Shown: piece by piece, positions 35,566 through 40,010 of the stretch
Layout: every line of letters begins with the position of its first letter
Position numbering within the stretch: the first letter of the stretch is position 1
Sequence record: OX090892
Source of the DNA: Escherichia phage vB_Eco_Titus
DNA length: 40,010 bases
Strand: one strand, 5' to 3'
The notes under the pieces: generated by a model
Told to the model about the DNA's origin: nothing
Seen by the model: the letters and a program-made list of their open reading frames with translations, nothing else
Database searches by the model: none
Translations under genes and position numbers: made by a program

Positions 35566-38250
35566 ATGATTAACTTTGATAACATTCAGCGTAATGACTT
35601 CTCTGATGTGAAGAACGCCATTATGCCATTCAACGTACTGGCTGATGCTTACGGTGAATATCTGGCAGGTGAACAACTGCGCTTAGAGCATGAGTCCTAC
35701 CAGATGGGCGAGGAACGTTTCATCAAGGCGTTCGAGTCTGCCTGTAAGCGCGGTGAACTCGGTGATTCTCTGGTGGCTCGCCCGTTACTGGAAACCTTGG
35801 TTCCTGCACTGAGTGAAGCAACTAAAGCATTCTTAGCTCAAGGTGGTCGTGGTCGTCCGCATGTGTCTAAGCAATACCTGAGCCGTATTGACACCGACCT
35901 TGCTGCCTTTATCACCATCAAAGTTGTGCTGATGTCCTTGGGTTCTCCTGCGACAGGCAAAGTAAACAACCACGGTGCTGTAACTGGTGCTAACATGCAG
36001 TCAGTCTGTATGTCTATCTCCAAGGCTATCGAGGAGGAGTGCCGCTTCGGTCGCATTCGTGAAGAAGAAGCACAGCATTTCAAGAATCGCGTTAAACCAT
36101 CGCTGGATAAGCGCCAAGGTCTGCTGTACAAGCGTGAGTACATGAAGGCTGTTGAAGCTGGCATGATTGCTAAAGGCGAGTTGGATAGTCACTTTGAGGA
36201 GTGGCCGCGCGATGAAGCATACCATGTTGGTGTCAAGATGTTGGAGCTGCTGATTGAATCAACTGGTCTGTGCGAGATTGTACGCAAGAACGCTGGTAAT
36301 CCTAAGTTAGACCGCTACGAAGTGGAACTGACCGAAGAATACGCTGACAAGCTGACCTCTCGTGTGTCTGCCTTGGCTGGTATCTCACCTGTTAAGCAAC
36401 CTTGTGTAGTACCACCTAAGCCTTGGACTGGTATCATCGGCGGTGGCTATTGGGCAAAAGGTCGCAAGCCTTTGCGTCTGATTCGTACCGGAACTAAACG
36501 CGCTCTGATGCGCTACAACGATGTGGATATGCCAGATGTGTACAAAGCTATCAACATCATTCAGAACACCGCTTGGAAGGTCAATGCGGACGTGCTGAAG
36601 GTAGCTAACGAGATTGTCTACTGGAAGCATTGCCCTGTTGAAGACATCCCACAACTGGACAAGCTGGATAAACCTGTACGTCCTGAAGGTATTGATGAAG
36701 ATGAAGCCCTGCTGAAGAAGTGGAAGAAGAACGCTGCGACCATCTACCGCAAGGAGAAAGCCCGTCAGTCTCGCCGCTTGTCTCTTGACTTCATGATGGC
36801 ACAAGCTAACAAGTTCGCTCAGTACGATGCCATTTGGTTCCCGTACACAATGGACTGGCGCGGTCGTGTATATGCTGAGCCAATGTTTAACCCACAAGGT
36901 AACGACCTGACCAAAGGTCTGTTAACTTTCGCTAACGGCTGTGAGCTGGGTTCTGAAGGTGCTTACTGGCTGGCGGTGCATGGCTCCAACTGTGCGGGTG
37001 TCGATAAAGTATCACTGGACGACCGCGTTAAGTGGGTGTACGAGAACGAAGAAAACATCTTGGCATCCGCTGAGAACCCATTAGACTGCACTTGGTGGGC
37101 GGAACAAGACTCCCCATTCTGCTTCTTAGCATTCTGCTTCGAGTGGGCAGGGTACGTTAAGTCTGGCCGTAGTGAAGGCTATGTGTCTCACCTGCCACTG
37201 GCATTCGATGGTACTTGCTCCGGTCTGCAACACTTCTCTGCAATGCTGCGTGATGAAGTTGGTGGTGCTGCTGTTAACCTGCTGCCTGCTGACAAACCAC
37301 AAGACATCTACGGTATTGTTGCCCAGAAAGTAAACGTCCTGTTGGAGCGTGACCTGTTGAACGGCACCGAGGACAGCACCAAGATTGTTGTCGATAAGAA
37401 GACAGGTGAACAGATTGAGAAGTTTGTTCTGGGTACACGTAACGCTGCTAAACAATGGCTGCAACACGGTGTAAACCGTAGCGTAACCAAGCGTTCTGTG
37501 ATGACTCTGGCATACGGTTCCAAGAAGTACGGCTTTGCCGAGCAAATCATGGAGGATACTTTACGTCCTGCCATTGATAAAGGCGAAGGTAATCAGTTCA
37601 CTGCACCTAACCAAGCTGCAATGTATCTGGCTGGTCTTATCTGGGACTGTGTATCAACTACCGTAATCGCTGCGGTACAAGCTATGGAATGGTTGCAGAA
37701 GTCCGCTGCTCTGATTAGTTCAGAAGTGCGAGACAAGAAGACCAAGGAGCTGTTAAAGCCTGCTCTGCCTATTCACTGGACTACTCCTAACGGGTTCCCT
37801 GTTTGGTCAGAGTACATGATTCAGGAGGAGAAGCGCATTGAAGCGACTCTGTTTGGTGAACTGCGTATCCGCAACACTATCAAGCTGCGTGATACCGCCA
37901 AGATTGACGCTCAAGCTCAGGCTTCTGGTATTGCACCTAACTTCATCCATAGCAACGATGCGTCTCACCTGCAAATGACCGCTGTGTACTGCCACGATGT
38001 GTACGGGATTGTTGACTTTGCATTCATCCACGACTCATTCGGTTGTCACGCTGGTAAAGCTCACCTGCTGTTCAAAGGTGTGCGTGAGACAATGGTTAAG
38101 ACTTACAGTGAACACGATGTAATCGCTGAGTTCTATGAGCAATTCGCTGAGCAACTGCACGAGTCCCAACTGGACAAGATGCCAGCTCTTCCTGAGAAGG
38201 GTAACTTAGACCTGAACGAAATCCTGAAGTCACTGTACACTTTCAGTTAA
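35566..38250 (+). CDS. 1: DNA-directed RNA polymerase, single-subunit (T7 gene 1 homologue)
   Basis: 894 aa from ATG 35566 (GGAGA 8 nt upstream; in-frame ATG at 35551 lacks an RBS); very high similarity to T7 RNAP throughout (PFN.LAD.YGE, QPCVVPPKPWTGI.GGGYWA, RKSRR.SL.FM..QANKFA, WAEQDSPFCFLAFCFE, VTKRSVMTLAYGSK, HDSFG, QLHESQLDKMPALP). Confidence 0.97.
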   Translation: MINFDNIQRNDFSDVKNAIMPFNVLADAYGEYLAGEQLRLEHESYQMGEERFIKAFESACKRGELGDSLVARPLLETLVPALSEATKAFLAQGGRGRPHVSKQYLSRIDTDLAAFITIKVVLMSLGSPATGKVNNHGAVTGANMQSVCMSISKAIEEECRFGRIREEEAQHFKNRVKPSLDKRQGLLYKREYMKAVEAGMIAKGELDSHFEEWPRDEAYHVGVKMLELLIESTGLCEIVRKNAGNPKLDRYEVELTEEYADKLTSRVSALAGISPVKQPCVVPPKPWTGIIGGGYWAKGRKPLRLIRTGTKRALMRYNDVDMPDVYKAINIIQNTAWKVNADVLKVANEIVYWKHCPVEDIPQLDKLDKPVRPEGIDEDEALLKKWKKNAATIYRKEKARQSRRLSLDFMMAQANKFAQYDAIWFPYTMDWRGRVYAEPMFNPQGNDLTKGLLTFANGCELGSEGAYWLAVHGSNCAGVDKVSLDDRVKWVYENEENILASAENPLDCTWWAEQDSPFCFLAFCFEWAGYVKSGRSEGYVSHLPLAFDGTCSGLQHFSAMLRDEVGGAAVNLLPADKPQDIYGIVAQKVNVLLERDLLNGTEDSTKIVVDKKTGEQIEKFVLGTRNAAKQWLQHGVNRSVTKRSVMTLAYGSKKYGFAEQIMEDTLRPAIDKGEGNQFTAPNQAAMYLAGLIWDCVSTTVIAAVQAMEWLQKSAALISSEVRDKKTKELLKPALPIHWTTPNGFPVWSEYMIQEEKRIEATLFGELRIRNTIKLRDTAKIDAQAQASGIAPNFIHSNDASHLQMTAVYCHDVYGIVDFAFIHDSFGCHAGKAHLLFKGVRETMVKTYSEHDVIAEFYEQFAEQLHESQLDKMPALPEKGNLDLNEILKSLYTFS

Positions 38251-38269
38251 TAACACCCACTATGGGACA
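38246..38269 (+). promoter_or_regulatory. Phage RNAP promoter, variant (TTAATAACACCCACTATGGGACAG), +1 G at 38264, with leader hairpin
   Basis: One base shorter before the G-run (CACTATGGG); overlaps RNAP stop; leader GGGACAGAC..TTTGTCCC can form a 9-bp stem. Confidence 0.5.
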
Positions 38270-38314
38270 GACAATCCGGTTTGTCCCTAATTACTTAACA
38301 TTTAGGAGGATAAA

Positions 38315-38812
38315 ATGGTTGACTTTTCTGCTGTTGCTGCTGTTGGTTGTGGTGTTCTGAGCATTGTGTCTTGCGTCCTGATGTCTAAGCGAAGCATGGA
38401 CAAGGAAGACATGAAGGTACTGCGCGGCCAAGTCCATGAGTTGAACCAAAAGCTGAAGGCTGAAAAAGAGTACAACGAGTACATGAAGAAAGACTACAAG
38501 TCACGCGAGATTGACTGGATGGGCAAGGTCATTGATGAACAACGGGTAGCCAAGGTGCTGCGTGACGAGTTAGGTAAAGCACGTAAGCAACTGAACGAGA
38601 AGTTACAACCTGCTACTGTGCAGTGTGACGGGGTGTCTATCCGCTTGGACTCCAAGACTTCAATGAACTTCTCGGTAGGAAAAGTGATTAAAGAACTGTC
38701 ACTCTCTGTGCTCGGTAACACTGTGACGGTCACTGTAGTTAAACACAATGGAATTGTTAAATCACATACATTCCAGAACGTGAGCTATAGTTACCGACAA
38801 GCGCAGCAATAA
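38315..38812 (+). CDS. Membrane-anchored coiled-coil protein (165 aa), unknown function
   Basis: AGGAGGA RBS; N-terminal TM helix (FSAVAAVGCGVLSIVSCVLM), charged coiled-coil segment, beta-rich C-terminus; first gene after RNAP, upstream of a terminator-like hairpin. Confidence 0.65.
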   Translation: MVDFSAVAAVGCGVLSIVSCVLMSKRSMDKEDMKVLRGQVHELNQKLKAEKEYNEYMKKDYKSREIDWMGKVIDEQRVAKVLRDELGKARKQLNEKLQPATVQCDGVSIRLDSKTSMNFSVGKVIKELSLSVLGNTVTVTVVKHNGIVKSHTFQNVSYSYRQAQQ

Positions 38813-38822
38813 CAATAACTTA

Positions 38823-38856
38823 GGGTAGTCTGTAATGGGCTACCCTTTTGTCGTTT
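38823..38856 (+). terminator. Intrinsic terminator-like hairpin with T-rich tail (candidate early terminator)
   Basis: GGGTAGTCTGTAATGGGCTACCC (8-9 bp stem) followed by TTTTGTCGTTTG, 10 nt after the stop of the 165-aa gene. Confidence 0.55.
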
Positions 38857-38867
38857 GTTAATGCCAC

Positions 38868-38891
38868 TAATTAACACCCACTATTGGAATA
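38868..38891 (+). promoter_or_regulatory. Phage RNAP promoter (TAATTAACACCCACTATTGGAATA), +1 G at 38886; first of a tandem pair
   Basis: Promoter family; tandem arrangement analogous to T7 phi1.1A/phi1.1B. Confidence 0.6.
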
Positions 38892-38970
38892 TAATGACAA
38901 TAACACTAAGTCTATAAACATTAAGTCTATAACTTATTGTCTATACATTTTGTCTTATTGTTATATTAAT
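38892..38970 (+). other. AT-rich segment with AAGTCTATA repeats between tandem promoters; candidate primary replication origin
   Basis: High A+T (..TAATGACAATAACACTAAGTCTATAAACATTAAGTCTATAACTTATTGTCTATACATTTTGTCTTATTGTTATATTAATTA..); T7 primary origin is the AT-rich region by the tandem phi1.1A/B promoters just downstream of gene 1. Confidence 0.4.
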
Positions 38971-38994
38971 TATTTAACACCCACTATTGGAAAC
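38971..38994 (+). promoter_or_regulatory. Phage RNAP promoter (variant TATTTAACACCCACTATTGGAAAC), +1 G at 38989; second of tandem pair
   Basis: Promoter family; 35 nt upstream of the methyltransferase ATG. Confidence 0.6.
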
Positions 38995-39023
38995 ATTAAG
39001 TCTAAACACTAAGAGGAAACATT

Positions 39024-39749
39024 ATGTTAGGTGGAGCACCATTTCAGATTGTACAACCTAAAGAGCCAGTGAAGTTCGGTGGATTAGGTCACGCTAATGT
39101 AGGCATAAAGTCATTACCTAAAGACCGTGGTGTATCATGGTCTGACTTCTATAAGGGTCGCTTAGGTCAGTCCTATGTTAGTCATGTGTACAAGAACTAT
39201 AAGGTACATATTGAAGCTATTCGCAGATACATCATTCAGCTATCGCTCAGTAAGAACAGCTCAATCAAACCACTACGTGTAGTCGAAGCTGGTTGTGGTA
39301 TCGGGTCTATCACACTGAACCTTGCTGATATGTCAGACCATAAGACAGTTATCTGCTCAGGCTTTGATGTGTCAGAAGGACAAGTTGTTAACTCTCGTGA
39401 GAACGCATTGCTTAACAATGTGGGTGACAGAGTGTCCTTTCATAAAGGTGACATCTTTAATAGTGACGTATATAAAGATGCCCACATCATTCACTCTCAT
39501 GGTGTCTTAGAACACTTCAGTGACGATGACATTATGAAAATCCTATTGACACAACTCAGTTCTCCTAACGTTCGGTATGTCATTCACTATGTACCACTGG
39601 AAGGATGGAAGACTCCCTCTTATGGTGATGAACGCCTGTTACCGCTGACACATTGGGTCAATGAGTTCGCTCCTACCCGTACCGTTGCGTTCAACGATGG
39701 TAAAGACGCTGTGCTAATCTGGGACGTTGAGTCTTTACTTCGCAATTAA
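39024..39749 (+). CDS. Class I SAM-dependent methyltransferase (241 aa), substrate unknown
   Basis: AAGAGGA RBS; Rossmann motif I VVEAGCGIGSITLNLA, acidic residue after beta2 (GFDVSEGQ), GDIFNSD, HIIHSHGVLEHFSDDD typical of small-molecule/RNA methyltransferases; no DPPY/NPPY DNA-MTase motif. Confidence 0.65.
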   Translation: MLGGAPFQIVQPKEPVKFGGLGHANVGIKSLPKDRGVSWSDFYKGRLGQSYVSHVYKNYKVHIEAIRRYIIQLSLSKNSSIKPLRVVEAGCGIGSITLNLADMSDHKTVICSGFDVSEGQVVNSRENALLNNVGDRVSFHKGDIFNSDVYKDAHIIHSHGVLEHFSDDDIMKILLTQLSSPNVRYVIHYVPLEGWKTPSYGDERLLPLTHWVNEFAPTRTVAFNDGKDAVLIWDVESLLRN

Positions 39750-39766
39750 CACCCACTATTGGAGAA
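39743..39766 (+). promoter_or_regulatory. Phage RNAP promoter (CAATTAACACCCACTATTGGAGAA), +1 G at 39761
   Basis: Promoter family; overlaps methyltransferase stop; precedes ligase. Confidence 0.6.
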
Positions 39767-39847
39767 CATCGTGTATGAACACTGCTGATATTCTCGCTAT
39801 CAACTCTATGTTTCAATCCTTATACAAATCCATTGGAGGTAATTCAA

Positions 39848-40010
39848 ATGTTTACAATCAATCCGGCAAAGCCAGTAGCGTACAAAGAGTCAGCGATTCA
39901 GAAAGCTCTGGACAAGTCCGGTTCCCTAATCGCAGACCGCAAGTACGATGGAGTCCGTTGCCACATCGTGATTAAACCCACGGCTGACATCAATGGTCGT
40001 CCTGCTGCCC
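39848..40010 (+). CDS. 1.3: ATP-dependent DNA ligase, N-terminal part (T7 gene 1.3 homologue); 3' end cut by window edge, continues in frame at 1..809
   Basis: GGAGG RBS; MFTINPAKPVAYKESAIQKALDKSGSLIADRKYDGVRCHIV matches T7 ligase N-terminus including adenylation lysine motif KYDGVR. Confidence 0.85.
   Translation, partial: MFTINPAKPVAYKESAIQKALDKSGSLIADRKYDGVRCHIVIKPTADINGRPAA

Noticed and set aside
39775-39975. 67-aa ORF downstream of the promoter at 39743, overlapping the ligase start
   Set aside because: It overlaps the first 128 nt of the well-supported ligase ORF in another frame; only a short leader peptide is plausible and it is not annotated. The track version 39727-39975 additionally reads through the promoter.

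Overview
The window reads as one complete, circularly permuted genome of a T7-like podophage (Autographiviridae, T7/T3 supergroup), about 40 kb, with every credible gene on the + strand. The DNA ligase gene is split across the window edges and rejoins in frame if position 40010 is joined to position 1. Recognisable T7 homologues, in window order: ligase (C-terminal part), a P-loop dNMP kinase, gp2-like host-RNAP inhibitor, primase/helicase, SSB, endonuclease I, lysozyme/amidase, DNA polymerase, HNH endonuclease, gp5.5/5.7-like, exonuclease, gp6.5/6.7/7/7.3-like, portal, scaffold, capsid, tail tubular A/B, internal virion proteins 13-16, tail fibre, holin, terminase small/large, then the genome-end region (single copy of a T7-like terminal repeat flanked by CCTTATGT short repeats), three sigma70 early promoters, an R0.3-like RNase III site, and the phage RNA polymerase. 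Seventeen phage-RNAP promoters share the consensus TAATTAACACCCACTATT|GGAGA, and six copies of an RNase III-type hairpin (AAGGTCATTC..GAGTGGCCTT) punctuate the transcript. Accessory content that departs from T7: (i) a deoxynucleoside kinase with its own promoter inserted between genes 12 and 13; (ii) a three-gene cluster between tail fibre and holin (114-aa possibly DUF2829/Tad2-like protein, 361-aa two-domain protein with a poly-Pro linker, 46-aa membrane protein); (iii) a class I SAM-dependent methyltransferase between the candidate origin and ligase; (iv) no gene 0.3/0.7 homologues, so the early region holds only RNAP plus a 165-aa membrane-anchored coiled-coil protein; (v) a small lipoprotein and an 81-aa soluble protein where T7 has Rz/Rz1; (vi) primase/helicase upstream of the SSB-endonuclease-lysozyme block; (vii) an apparent frameshift in the gp7.3-like gene at an A8 run. 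All homology calls rest on reading the translations and on remembered T7/T4 protein sequences; no database search was run.
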